Positions 39,814 to 49,617 of a stretch of DNA of 64,000 nt are shown here, one piece after another; position 1 is the stretch's first letter; every line of letters begins with the position of its first letter. Location of the stretch: assembly GCA_965219455.1 (NCBI GenBank), contig OZ244744.1:1472001-1536000 (forward strand). Direction: 5' to 3'. Source of the stretch: Candidatus Latescibacterota bacterium (GTDB lineage: Bacteria; Latescibacterota; UBA2968; GCA-2709665). The notes below the pieces were generated by a model, which worked only from the letters and a program-made list of their open reading frames with translations, was not told the DNA's origin and searched no databases. A program made the position numbers and the translations under genes.

Positions 39814-42803
39814 AGGATCTCCAAATGACCAAACTGCAAGCCAACAAAAAGGTCAGATACAAGACCGACCCGTCCATCGCCGGCTGGCTCGTCAGCATCT
39901 CTGGAGAAGGCGCCAGAGTCTTCATTGACGGGTCTGAGAAGCTCGTGCCTCTCACCGAGCTTGAGCCGGCCCCCGGCCTAACGGAGATGGGTCCCGATGC
40001 GTTCAGGACTGCCCTGACCCGGCGCAGGCTGGAGCATCCCTTGACGGACCAGTTTCTCTCATACAAGGCTTCCAGAACCGACCTTTACTACCATCAATTC
40101 CTGCCGGTCAAGAAGATGCTGGAATCGTCCGACCAGCGCCTCCTAATTGCGGACGAAGTAGGTACGGGAAAGACCATCGAGGCAGGCCTAATCTGGGCGG
40201 AACTGGAATCCAGAGCAATACACGGCCTTGAAAACGTATGGATAATCTGCCCCAAGTCCCTCGTGGGAAAATGGCAAGACGAGATGCTTCAACGATTTGA
40301 CTTCCGGCTCGAAACCCTGTCATCCGAAGGTCTTCGCCAAGCATTGGTGTCCCTAGAACGGGATGGTGTTCTACCTCCCAGGTTTGCCAAGTCCATAGTC
40401 AACCTGGAGCTCATCCGGGCAGAAGAGCATTTGGCAAGGTTAAGCGAAACGTCCATCGCATGGGACTTTGTCATATTCGATGAAGCCCACCATCTACGCA
40501 ATCCTGAAACCCTGTCGTATACCCTGGCTGCCTTCATTTGTGAGCGATCGAAGGCTGCGGTCTTCCTTACTGCTACTCCATTGCAGACCAGTCTGGACGA
40601 CATTGTTCACCTTATGGGAGCACTGGGCGTCGACGTAGCAACAGACCCCGGCCTGCTCGAAGATCAGATACGCTGGGATATGGAATTGAACGACTGGATT
40701 CGCTTAGTTAGGCATCAGCCGCCGGGGTGGAGGCAAGAGCAGGATCGCGTGATGCGTCGTCTGGAATCGGATGGAGGACGCGACCGGCCCGGCTGGGGCA
40801 AATTCCGGCAGCTTGTGGCCAAGTCAGACCTAGAAGACAGAGGGCAACGGACCGTCGCGGTCGAGGCGGCTCATGACCTGCAAGTGTTAAGCCCCTATAT
40901 GACGCGAACGATTCGTTCAGATGTGGACGAGGACAGGCCGACGCGAGAGGCCATTACAAGGGTTGTGAAATTTAGTCCCGAAGAAGAGACATTTTACAGG
41001 GAAGTCTATCGTATCTGTCTGGAACGTGCCTTGGAAAAAGGTGTACCCCCAGGATTTGCAACCCAAATGCCGGAACGCCGAACAGCAAGCTGCGTTCCAG
41101 CCGTAGCTTCGGAGATCCTCAGATACGCAACAGAACATGAAGACGAAGAGCATAGAGCGCGATTTACACCTGGTGAAATCGACGCCTTGGAACCGCTCGC
41201 GCGAGTTGCGCTGGGTTCGCAAGATCAGAAACTGGAAGCGCTTTACGAGATACTGGAGTACTTATTCGGTGAGCTGAAGACTGACAGGGTGATGATCTTC
41301 TCCACTTTCAGGGGGACCCTTCATTACCTCAAGGAGAAGCTCAGCGAAAAAAGCTATTCGCTGGAGCTAATGTATGGCCCTGTACCAGCCAGAGACGAAG
41401 ATTGCCGCCGCGGTGAAAAGAGCAGAGAACGGATTGGGGTAGAGTTTCGACGAGGCGACTTCCAGATCCTCCTCGCCAGCGAAGTCGCCGGTGAAGGCCT
41501 GGACTTCGAGCACTGCCATGTCGTCATAAACTACGATCTTCCCTGGAACCCTATGCGGGTCGAGCAGAGGATTGGCCGATGTGACCGGCTTGGTCAGCGC
41601 TCCGACAAGGTCTATGTCGGGAGTCTCGCCAGCACAGGAACGATCGAACAACGGATTCTGTCGCGGCTGTACGAAAGACTGGACATCTTCGAGCGTGCCC
41701 TTGGTGACATGGAGGTCATTTTGGGCGAGGAGGTCGCCTCGTTCGAGAGAGACGTGTTCACGCGTGGCTTGTCCACGCAGCAACAGGAAGAGCGTCTGGA
41801 GAGGATCAGCCAGGCAATAGAAAACAGAGAACAGCAACGGGAATCCATCACTCAGTCGAGCGTTATTTCCTTACAAGGTCGCCAGTTGATTGAGTCCGAC
41901 CAGCAAGAGATAAAAGAAGCTGAGGCGAGGTTCCTGTCCCCGGAAGAGGTGTCAGAGTTCGTCTATGCTTCTCTTGAGAGCCATCTTCCCAACAGCGTGA
42001 AGAGAGCCTCAACCAAGGGTGAATTCGAGGTCAACGGAACCAGGGATCTGAGGGATGCGCTCCAGGAATTACTGAGAAGTTATCCGGCTACTCACTATGC
42101 TCGGACCGAGATTGTTCGCTTTCGCACTCGCATAAACGAACAGAAAAAGACTAAGATTTCGTTCTTGGGAGATGGAGATGATATGGAATTCGCTCACATC
42201 CGGCACCCCTTGGTGCTTCTGGCGCGGCATCTGGCGCAAGAGCCGCTCTCCGAAATCCCGTATTGCCTGGGTGTGACCCCAACGATGGTGGTAGATAGTC
42301 CTACGATGCTGGTTTGGGCCGTGGGTTCACTTGAAGGCTACACGAACCGTGCCGAGCTTCTTTGTGCAACTATCGATTTCGCCACGGGCTCAGCCAGCCC
42401 TATCTCCGTCAATCAAGCACAAGAGTGGATGTGCGCGTTATCACCGCCTCAGGGTGAACAGGGCAACGTCGATGCCGACATAGAAACGCTAATGCTACAA
42501 GCCGAGCAGACTCTATTATCTCAATTTGACCGCCTTGCCACGACCTTCAAGTCGAGGAACGACCTGCTAATGGATAAAGCAAAACAGGCAGTGCGCTCTC
42601 ACGCCGAACGCACGCTCAGTCGGAACAAGCGTCAGCTATCACGGAACGACCTCAAAGACAACATAAGAAATCTCTATCGCGGCTGGAACCGGCGGATCGA
42701 GGCTGAGACGCAATCCAAGATGGATGAGATAGAGCAGAAGAGCCAGACCCGTTCATCTCTCGAGATAATTGGAGTGGCGATCATTCATCAAGAAAATAAC
42801 TGA
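39810..42803 (+). CDS. SNF2/RapA-like helicase
   Basis: LIADEVGTGKT, DEAH, LTATP, GEGLD and YDLPWNPMRVEQRIGRCDR; GTGA overlap with the upstream gene. Confidence 0.92.
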   Translation: MKDLQMTKLQANKKVRYKTDPSIAGWLVSISGEGARVFIDGSEKLVPLTELEPAPGLTEMGPDAFRTALTRRRLEHPLTDQFLSYKASRTDLYYHQFLPVKKMLESSDQRLLIADEVGTGKTIEAGLIWAELESRAIHGLENVWIICPKSLVGKWQDEMLQRFDFRLETLSSEGLRQALVSLERDGVLPPRFAKSIVNLELIRAEEHLARLSETSIAWDFVIFDEAHHLRNPETLSYTLAAFICERSKAAVFLTATPLQTSLDDIVHLMGALGVDVATDPGLLEDQIRWDMELNDWIRLVRHQPPGWRQEQDRVMRRLESDGGRDRPGWGKFRQLVAKSDLEDRGQRTVAVEAAHDLQVLSPYMTRTIRSDVDEDRPTREAITRVVKFSPEEETFYREVYRICLERALEKGVPPGFATQMPERRTASCVPAVASEILRYATEHEDEEHRARFTPGEIDALEPLARVALGSQDQKLEALYEILEYLFGELKTDRVMIFSTFRGTLHYLKEKLSEKSYSLELMYGPVPARDEDCRRGEKSRERIGVEFRRGDFQILLASEVAGEGLDFEHCHVVINYDLPWNPMRVEQRIGRCDRLGQRSDKVYVGSLASTGTIEQRILSRLYERLDIFERALGDMEVILGEEVASFERDVFTRGLSTQQQEERLERISQAIENREQQRESITQSSVISLQGRQLIESDQQEIKEAEARFLSPEEVSEFVYASLESHLPNSVKRASTKGEFEVNGTRDLRDALQELLRSYPATHYARTEIVRFRTRINEQKKTKISFLGDGDDMEFAHIRHPLVLLARHLAQEPLSEIPYCLGVTPTMVVDSPTMLVWAVGSLEGYTNRAELLCATIDFATGSASPISVNQAQEWMCALSPPQGEQGNVDADIETLMLQAEQTLLSQFDRLATTFKSRNDLLMDKAKQAVRSHAERTLSRNKRQLSRNDLKDNIRNLYRGWNRRIEAETQSKMDEIEQKSQTRSSLEIIGVAIIHQENN

Positions 42804-42854
42804 CGTTCAAGTTACGCGAATGTATACATCGTATGATGCCAATCGCAGGAGTAG

Positions 42855-43046
42855 ATTGAAAGTGATCAACATTCGGCTCCCTCGAAGTGGATCATTGACC
42901 AATTTTCCGAATACTCCAAATTGGAAGCGGACCCGCAGATGGCCGAACCCATAGATATGGATACCATTCGGTTCAAATGTCCTCACTTCAACGCGTGTAT
43001 TGAGCGACTTGAGATACTCGAACGGGAACCAACAAACGGGCCATAA
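42855..43046 (+). pseudogene. 3' remnant of a DUF4276-like (RloB-like) nuclease gene
   Basis: Reads HSAPSKWII..EYSKL..PQMAEPIDMDTIRFKCPHFNACIERLE*, matching the APSKR...IR..CPHF..W...LE C-terminus typical of DUF4276. Confidence 0.7.
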
Positions 43047-43052
43047 CGAACA

Positions 43053-46000
43053 ATGAACAAGACAACGACAAAACTCACGTCAGCGGTTGGGGTGTACTTC
43101 ACCGAACTTCGAAGGATCCACGCCTCTGGCGGCGGAACCGGCGAGCGGTCCAGCTATGGACCGCTCGCCAATCTGCTGAACGCTGTTGGAAAGACGCTCA
43201 AGCCGAAGGTGTTCTGCGTAAGTGAGTTGGCCGACCAAGGTGCGGGACATCCCGATTTTGGCCTTTACGAGGCGAAGCAGGTCCAGAAGGGTCGTCCACG
43301 CCAGGGACAAACGCCGGAACGGGGCGTAGTGGAAGTTAAAACCCCTGCCGAAAATATGGGCGCATCGCAGGTTCGGGGCCAAGTCGTGCGCTATCTGAAC
43401 CGGTACAGCCTCGTGCTGACCACCAATTTGCGAGAGTTCGCTCTCGTCGGCCCGGACGCGACGGGTGGAGAGACGTTGCTCGAGCGCTATCGTCTCGCCA
43501 ACACCGAAGAAGAGTTTTGGCACAAATTGGACAAGCCGCGCGCCTTTGCAAATGAGGTCGGCGCAGGTCTGGGCGAATACCTGGTCCGTGCGCTATCCCA
43601 CCACGCGGCGATCTCCGAGCCAAAAGACCTTGCCTGGTTGCTCGCCTCATACGCCCGCGATGCCTTGGCGCGGGTGGAGGCCGCTGACGATCCAAAGTCG
43701 CTGGAGGCAATACGGTCGGCGCTGGAAGAGTCGCTCGGAGTCCGCTTCAAGGAGGAGCGAGGCGCGCGTTTTTTCCACTCCACCCTGGTGCAGACCCTCT
43801 TCTACGGCATTTTCTCCGCGTGGGTGCTATGGGCGCGACAAAAACCGGCGACCGGGAGCGGGTTTAATTGGCATGAAGCCGTCTGGCATTTGCGCACGCC
43901 GGTAATGCAGGCTCTGTTTCAGCAGATATCGCAGCCAGATCGCCTGCAGCCACTCGGTCTCGTGGAGGTGCTGGACTGGACGTCCGTCGCGCTCGATCGG
44001 GTGGACCGAGACACCTTCTTTTCCCGTTTTGACGAGGGGAAAACCGTAACCTATTTCTACGAACCGTTCCTGGAAGCCTTCGATCCCGATTTACGAAAGC
44101 AGTTGGGCGTCTGGTACACCCCGTCTCAAGTGGTGCGCTACATGGTTGCCCGTGTTGATAAGGCGCTCAAGGACGACCTCGGGATCGCGGATGGGCTTGC
44201 CGCGGAGAACGTCTACGTGCTGGACCCGTGCTGCGGAACCGGAGCGTATATCGCAGAAGTCCTGCGCCGCATTGCCGCCAATCTCGAAGGACGCGGCCTC
44301 GGAGCGCTTGCCGGTGCGCGGGTCAAGCAAGCGGCCACCGAGCGCGTGTTCGGCTTCGAGATCATGCCGGCGCCCTTCGTCGTTGCCCATTTGCAGGTCG
44401 ACCTCGTCCTGAACGATCTCGACGCGGCGCTGGCAGATAATGGATCGGAACGTGCAGGCATCCTTCTCACCAATGCGCTGACCGATTGGGAGGGCACGGG
44501 CGAGGGATCGCAGACGGTTGCCTTTCCCGAACTTCAGGAGGAACGCGACCGGGCCGGGAAGGTGAAGCAGGACACACCGATCCTCGTAATTCTCGGCAAT
44601 CCGCCCTACAACGGCTTCGCCGGCATGGCGGTGGACGAGGAACGCGAGTTGTCGGATGCCTACCGCTCGACCAATCTCGCACCTCCACCCGTGGGGCAGG
44701 GGCTGAACGACCTATATGTTCGCTTCTTCCGCATGGCCGAACGGCGCATCGAAAAAACTGGCAAAGGCGTGGTGTGCCTTATCTCCAACTATTCCTGGCT
44801 TGATGGCTTGTCATTTACCGGGATGCGAGAGCGCTATCTGGAGACTTTTGACGCGGTCCGGATTGATTGCCTGAACGGGGACAGATACAAGAGCGGGAAA
44901 GTCGCACCGGACGGTTCGCCGGACCCGAGCATCTTTTCAACCCAGGGTGCCCCGGTTGGTATCCAGGTCGGCACCGCGATTGCGACACTCGTGCGCAAAT
45001 CTGACCACGCCCCTTCTGAGTCAGTCGGATTTCGCCATCTTTGGGGAAAAACCAAACCCGCGGAATTGATTGAGACGGCGGAGGCCGAACCAAGTGCGCT
45101 CTACGACCGTGTTGAGCCAGTCTTGCCGCTCGGCTTGGCTTTCTTCCCGGTGGCAGTGAGCAAGGGCTGGTTCGACTGGCCGCCGCTCCCGGAACTGTTT
45201 CCGACCTCCTTTCCGGGCGTAACCACAAACCGCGACTCATTTCTTGTCGACATCGACCTTGATCGCCTCAAGGTTCGTGTAGGCGACTACTTCGACTCCC
45301 GCCTAAGCCATGAGGAAATTAGCCAACGCTATCCGGTGGCCATGAAGGCTACGACTTCAATCCCGAAAAGTCCAACTTCAGTGCGCGACGCAAGACTCCT
45401 CTTAGGCGGACCTGCTAAAGCTGGGTTCATTCGTTATAGCCACCGGCCGTTTGACACCAGATGGCTTTATTGGGAAGCGGAATCTGGTCTGTTGGCTCGC
45501 CCATGCCCCGACTTTCGGGAGCACGTATTTGGTAGAAATATGTGGATTGAAGCTCGCCAACGAGAGTCACGGGACTTCTTCTCACGAGGAACATTCGTAC
45601 GCCATCTGGCTGGCGATCTTGGTAACGGGCGATCACACTACTTCCCGGCATGGCTTCGCGACCAGGTCTTTGGGAAAGAAATCGATGGAGTAAAATGTAG
45701 CCCAAATTTGTCGGAGATTGCGCAACGCTATCTCAACGTTTTGGGATTGAACGTAGAAGACCTGTTCTATCGTGCCCTTGCCGTACTACACGATCCCGTC
45801 TACCGAGATACAAATGCTGGCGCCCTTAAGATGGAATGGCCGCGCATTCCTCTACCCGGCTGGCCTGATGGCAAAGCTGAAGGCGCAGCGCAGGCCCTCG
45901 CCGAATCGGCGGCCCGAGGACATGAACTGGCCAGCCACCTCGACCCCGACGCAGCCGTACCGGGTGTAACCGAGAGCCCTCTGCGACCGGAAATCGCGGC

Positions 46001-46409
46001 CATTGCCGTACCCTCAAGAATCGACTGGCGAAATATGTCAGGCGACGATTTCGCGCTTACGGCAGGATGGGGACACTTCGGGGCGGGCGAAGCGGTGATG
46101 CCGGGGCAGGGCCGCGTCGAACAGCGAAAATACACGGAGTGCGAACGGGCCACGCTGGGTTTGGCTAAATCTGTGCTGGGTGACAATACGTACGACATAT
46201 ATTTGAACGAAAAAGCCTTCTGGCGCAACGTTCCGGCGAGGGTCTGGGACTACAAACTTGGCGGCTACCAGGTACTCAAGAAATGGCTGTCCTATCGTGA
46301 GCGGAAGGTGCTCGGACGGGTGCTCAATCCCGACGAGGTGGCGTACTTTGCGGAGGTGGCAAGGAGGATTGCGGGGATATTGACGTTGACAGGAAGAAGC
46401 GAGGAATGA
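43053..46409 (+). CDS. Type IIG / Type ISP-like restriction-modification fusion (nuclease, N6-adenine MTase, specificity domain)
   Basis: PDFG..VVEVK nuclease motif, GVWYTP, LDPCCGTG, GNPPY and C-terminal GGYQVLKKWLSYR. Confidence 0.9.
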   Translation: MNKTTTKLTSAVGVYFTELRRIHASGGGTGERSSYGPLANLLNAVGKTLKPKVFCVSELADQGAGHPDFGLYEAKQVQKGRPRQGQTPERGVVEVKTPAENMGASQVRGQVVRYLNRYSLVLTTNLREFALVGPDATGGETLLERYRLANTEEEFWHKLDKPRAFANEVGAGLGEYLVRALSHHAAISEPKDLAWLLASYARDALARVEAADDPKSLEAIRSALEESLGVRFKEERGARFFHSTLVQTLFYGIFSAWVLWARQKPATGSGFNWHEAVWHLRTPVMQALFQQISQPDRLQPLGLVEVLDWTSVALDRVDRDTFFSRFDEGKTVTYFYEPFLEAFDPDLRKQLGVWYTPSQVVRYMVARVDKALKDDLGIADGLAAENVYVLDPCCGTGAYIAEVLRRIAANLEGRGLGALAGARVKQAATERVFGFEIMPAPFVVAHLQVDLVLNDLDAALADNGSERAGILLTNALTDWEGTGEGSQTVAFPELQEERDRAGKVKQDTPILVILGNPPYNGFAGMAVDEERELSDAYRSTNLAPPPVGQGLNDLYVRFFRMAERRIEKTGKGVVCLISNYSWLDGLSFTGMRERYLETFDAVRIDCLNGDRYKSGKVAPDGSPDPSIFSTQGAPVGIQVGTAIATLVRKSDHAPSESVGFRHLWGKTKPAELIETAEAEPSALYDRVEPVLPLGLAFFPVAVSKGWFDWPPLPELFPTSFPGVTTNRDSFLVDIDLDRLKVRVGDYFDSRLSHEEISQRYPVAMKATTSIPKSPTSVRDARLLLGGPAKAGFIRYSHRPFDTRWLYWEAESGLLARPCPDFREHVFGRNMWIEARQRESRDFFSRGTFVRHLAGDLGNGRSHYFPAWLRDQVFGKEIDGVKCSPNLSEIAQRYLNVLGLNVEDLFYRALAVLHDPVYRDTNAGALKMEWPRIPLPGWPDGKAEGAAQALAESAARGHELASHLDPDAAVPGVTESPLRPEIAAIAVPSRIDWRNMSGDDFALTAGWGHFGAGEAVMPGQGRVEQRKYTECERATLGLAKSVLGDNTYDIYLNEKAFWRNVPARVWDYKLGGYQVLKKWLSYRERKVLGRVLNPDEVAYFAEVARRIAGILTLTGRSEE

Positions 46410-46517
46410 CCGGATGGACAGAAAGCAGTTTGTGCGGCCCGAGAAAGGACACTCTATATTAAATGTCCGTTTACCGCCGTGAACGTGGCATTGCAGCACA
46501 ATAAGTGTGAGGACGGG

Positions 46518-47381
46518 ATGAATTGGCAATCTTACGAAGAATTGGTAAAGGATATCTACGAGCAAATCGGAAAATCGGCTGGCGTCAAAATCGAATGTTG
46601 GGGGCCAACTTGCAAAGTCAAAGGAAAATCCGGCAACTACCATCAGGTCGACGTACTGACATCCCATAGTGATGGGATTCACATATACAAAACGGCGATT
46701 GAATGTAAGCACTGGAACGAGAAAGTTGACAAAGATCCAATTGCCAAGCTTGCAGTGATTCTCGAAGACGCAAGAATTGAAAAGGGCATCGTGGTTTCAC
46801 AATTCGGATTTACGGCTGGCGCGAGGAAATTGGCGGAATACAAGAACATAGGTCTTGTCGAACTGCGAGAGCCTGTGAATGACGATTGGGATGGTTTGAT
46901 AAAGGACATTCATATAGATGTTCACGTGGAAGTTCCTGAACTATATGATTTCGAATTCGTCCAGAGCGACACAACGGATGAAAGCAAGAAAGAAAACATT
47001 CGTGTATTGAATACTGACGTCCGTATCCATTTACTAAACGGAGATACATTATCTCTTCACGAAATCACGAATCGAGTCCTTAGCAATCCTAAGGCTGACG
47101 AAAAAGCCACTGATGCAGAGGGTTTCTGCTGGTCTGAATTGCATTCACAGGAAAATGGCGAACAAGCCTTTGATGTGAGGTTTCCTGATGGTACCTCTTT
47201 ATCGGTCCCTGTACGAGAGGGTAGTGCGAAAATCAGAGAAATCCGCTTTAAGGTGCGGCACAGACAATACACCGAAAATATCCACATACGTGGCGAAGAC
47301 TACGTTTCTTGGATAATGCTTGCCATTTTCGAAAACAAGCGATTCGCAATTGGCCCAGATGGCACCGTTCGATCGTTTTAG
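46518..47381 (+). CDS. Mrr-cat-like restriction endonuclease with C-terminal domain of unknown function
   Basis: YEELVKDIY, GKSG..HQVDV and AIECKHW; AT-rich. Confidence 0.8.
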   Translation: MNWQSYEELVKDIYEQIGKSAGVKIECWGPTCKVKGKSGNYHQVDVLTSHSDGIHIYKTAIECKHWNEKVDKDPIAKLAVILEDARIEKGIVVSQFGFTAGARKLAEYKNIGLVELREPVNDDWDGLIKDIHIDVHVEVPELYDFEFVQSDTTDESKKENIRVLNTDVRIHLLNGDTLSLHEITNRVLSNPKADEKATDAEGFCWSELHSQENGEQAFDVRFPDGTSLSVPVREGSAKIREIRFKVRHRQYTENIHIRGEDYVSWIMLAIFENKRFAIGPDGTVRSF

Positions 47382-47529
47382 CGGTGATTTTTACGACGAC
47401 TTTCTCGGGCGCCACGATCAAGCGTCCTCTGGTAACGCGCTTCTCGGTTGCCGCAGTAAGGTGCGGCAGATGCCCGAACAGCCAATCGGCGCACCTGCCG
47501 TGAATGTAATGTCAGACAGGTACAGTCAG

Positions 47530-47704
47530 GCGCAACGTTCCCGTTGCGATCTGGAACTACAAACTCGGCGGCTATCAGGTGCTCAAGAAATGGCTGTCCT
47601 ATCGTGAACGGAAAGTGCTCGGACGGGCGCTCAAGGCCGACGAGGTGGGGTACTTTGCGGAGGTAGCGAGGAGAATAGCGGGGATATTGATGTTGACTGG
47701 TAGA
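47530..47704 (+). pseudogene. Displaced 3' end of the RM gene (paralogous to ~46223-46397)
   Basis: RNVPVAIWNYKLGGYQVLKKWLSYRERKVLGRAL..DEV.YFAEVARRIAGIL. Confidence 0.92.
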
Positions 47705-47881
47705 AACGACCTTCACCGATCGCAACGATCAACATGATTGTACTCTCAACCTCGGAGGCTGCAATTGTCGAGGCTTGGCCCGGTGATCGTTTCTCAGTTG
47801 AGTAGTGAATCATCATTAACAGGAAACGTCTCAGGCGAGAACCGCAGCGAATTGAATAACTCTGGGGAAAATGCACTCTTC

Positions 47882-48298
47882 ATGAGAATTGGTGATACGA
47901 TTAAGACACGCACGGGTGTCCGATATTTTGTCCATCCGAAGCACCGCGGGTCTCCAACAAGCAATACATGCACGTGGACAATTCCGATAGTCGACGAAGT
48001 GGCCCTATTTGAGGCTGCGTTACCATCGGTGCGCAGTCCAGGTCAGGCTTGTTGGGCGGCTGAGCCCGGGGTTCGTCGCCTCCGGACAGTCGGTGTCAAT
48101 GTTCATGTGGAATCACTATTCTTCGGAAAGTTCGTTGACGGTAGTTCCATGTCCAGATGGCACGGTTACCCTGCGGACTATAGGAGACGCACCCAGGATC
48201 GACCACCTCCCGCAGTGCTCCAAGTCTGGGTCACTCAAGGGCTCATAGAAAAGCACCACTTAGCAAAGATATCCGGGGGTATGAAATGCAACCTTTGA
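47882..48298 (+). CDS. Small hypothetical protein with WHGYP motif (possible RNase toxin/effector)
   Basis: 138 aa; HPKHR...KFV...WHGYPADY; overlaps the next gene start. Confidence 0.6.
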   Translation: MRIGDTIKTRTGVRYFVHPKHRGSPTSNTCTWTIPIVDEVALFEAALPSVRSPGQACWAAEPGVRRLRTVGVNVHVESLFFGKFVDGSSMSRWHGYPADYRRRTQDRPPPAVLQVWVTQGLIEKHHLAKISGGMKCNL

Positions 48299-49617
48299 CT
48301 CTTTCGATACCGGGAGATTTCTGGGATGTGCAAATCTACAAGGGCCGCCTCTACCTCTGGCATTATGATGGCCGGCTATCCGTGTACGACTGGGAGAGAC
48401 TGATCGAGTTGGCATATCCAAAAGCGAGTCGGTCGCATGCAGTCAAGGCGGCCTGGTTGCGAGGAAACTCTCTGTACCATCCTGACGTACTCGCTGTGTT
48501 TGATGACCCCGGATTTCGCGAGGTTCTTGACGCGAATTTCGCCGAACTCAGGGCGGAAGCTCCGGTCATCACTCCAAAATTGCTGAAAGGAGCCTTGTAT
48601 GGTGAACAGGACAATCCAGTCAAGGAGCTTCCGACAGATACCGAGATCTTCAAGAATGTCCTTTATCTCGTTACCTATGACGGATTTTGGTCTGCCACCG
48701 CCCACAGAAACAACCAACGCTATCCTGTCAGTTCCAGACCAATGAAACGTTGGGACGCACAAGCCTATTCCGCTTCGGCGTCACAAGGGCGAATAGCCCT
48801 TTCAGCTGGCGATGACGGACTCTTCGAACTTGATCTTCGGTCCCCCGATGATGATACGAATAGCGGAAACGTCTACTTTCCAGGATCAAATGACGAAAAT
48901 GGCAGCGTCAGCCAATTGACGGGCCGACATTCTTCATATGCGGACTGGGCATTTGCGAGCGTCTACAGCACGTCACTGGTTGGAGAATCCTGTCTGCTGG
49001 CTTTCGGCTGGCTACCGGATCCTGCCAGGTCGGGACGTCTCCGGCGGGAATTTGTTCGTGAAATCGCTGAATCCGAGATACTTCAGACAGGGCTCGTTCC
49101 AGGATTGAGCTGGGGCGCCGGAGACAAGATTTGTGGTATCTGCGGTACCGAATTAACTGTGATGCGTTATGTACAGAAAAACGTCACAAAGCCAGAAACC
49201 GAGACCCATAAGGCTCTCCTGGTTTCTGACAGAACATCGATTCCCTCGAGCGCCGAGGCGATGACCGAGGACGGCCCTCAGCGCCGTGAATCTCCCTTCG
49301 ATTCTGTTGGTTCAGTTCCCCTCAAAGAAGAAGCCGACGTTATTAAGGCCGGTCTGGCATACTTTGGGATTCTCCTTGAAACGCCAGACCAACTCCAAGT
49401 ATTCCGCAGTGACAAAGAGTTGTGGTCAATGGCGGGGCCGATCGTCAGGTGGCGCACGTACCCCCGCGCGAAGTATTACGAAAATCATCTGCACGTAATC
49501 GTCCAGGACGCCGTCCATATTGTCGCTTTCGTGCACGATTATTGGCAACATCAAGACGAAAAGATCGCGGGTATCCAATACCGGCATCAAAACCATCAAA
49601 GGCGGTCGACATTCTGA
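48286..49617 (+). CDS. Hypothetical protein, probable beta-propeller
   Basis: 443 aa of short beta-strand motifs (DFWDVQIYKGRLYLW, LYLVTYDGFW, IALSAGDDGLF). Confidence 0.65.
   Translation: MQPLTLSIPGDFWDVQIYKGRLYLWHYDGRLSVYDWERLIELAYPKASRSHAVKAAWLRGNSLYHPDVLAVFDDPGFREVLDANFAELRAEAPVITPKLLKGALYGEQDNPVKELPTDTEIFKNVLYLVTYDGFWSATAHRNNQRYPVSSRPMKRWDAQAYSASASQGRIALSAGDDGLFELDLRSPDDDTNSGNVYFPGSNDENGSVSQLTGRHSSYADWAFASVYSTSLVGESCLLAFGWLPDPARSGRLRREFVREIAESEILQTGLVPGLSWGAGDKICGICGTELTVMRYVQKNVTKPETETHKALLVSDRTSIPSSAEAMTEDGPQRRESPFDSVGSVPLKEEADVIKAGLAYFGILLETPDQLQVFRSDKELWSMAGPIVRWRTYPRAKYYENHLHVIVQDAVHIVAFVHDYWQHQDEKIAGIQYRHQNHQRRSTF

Noticed and set aside
43053-47704. Shufflon or DGR-type diversification of the RM gene using the duplicated ends
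   Set aside because: Copies are direct rather than inverted, cover conserved termini rather than the variable region, show no adenine-specific pattern, and no invertase or reverse transcriptase is present
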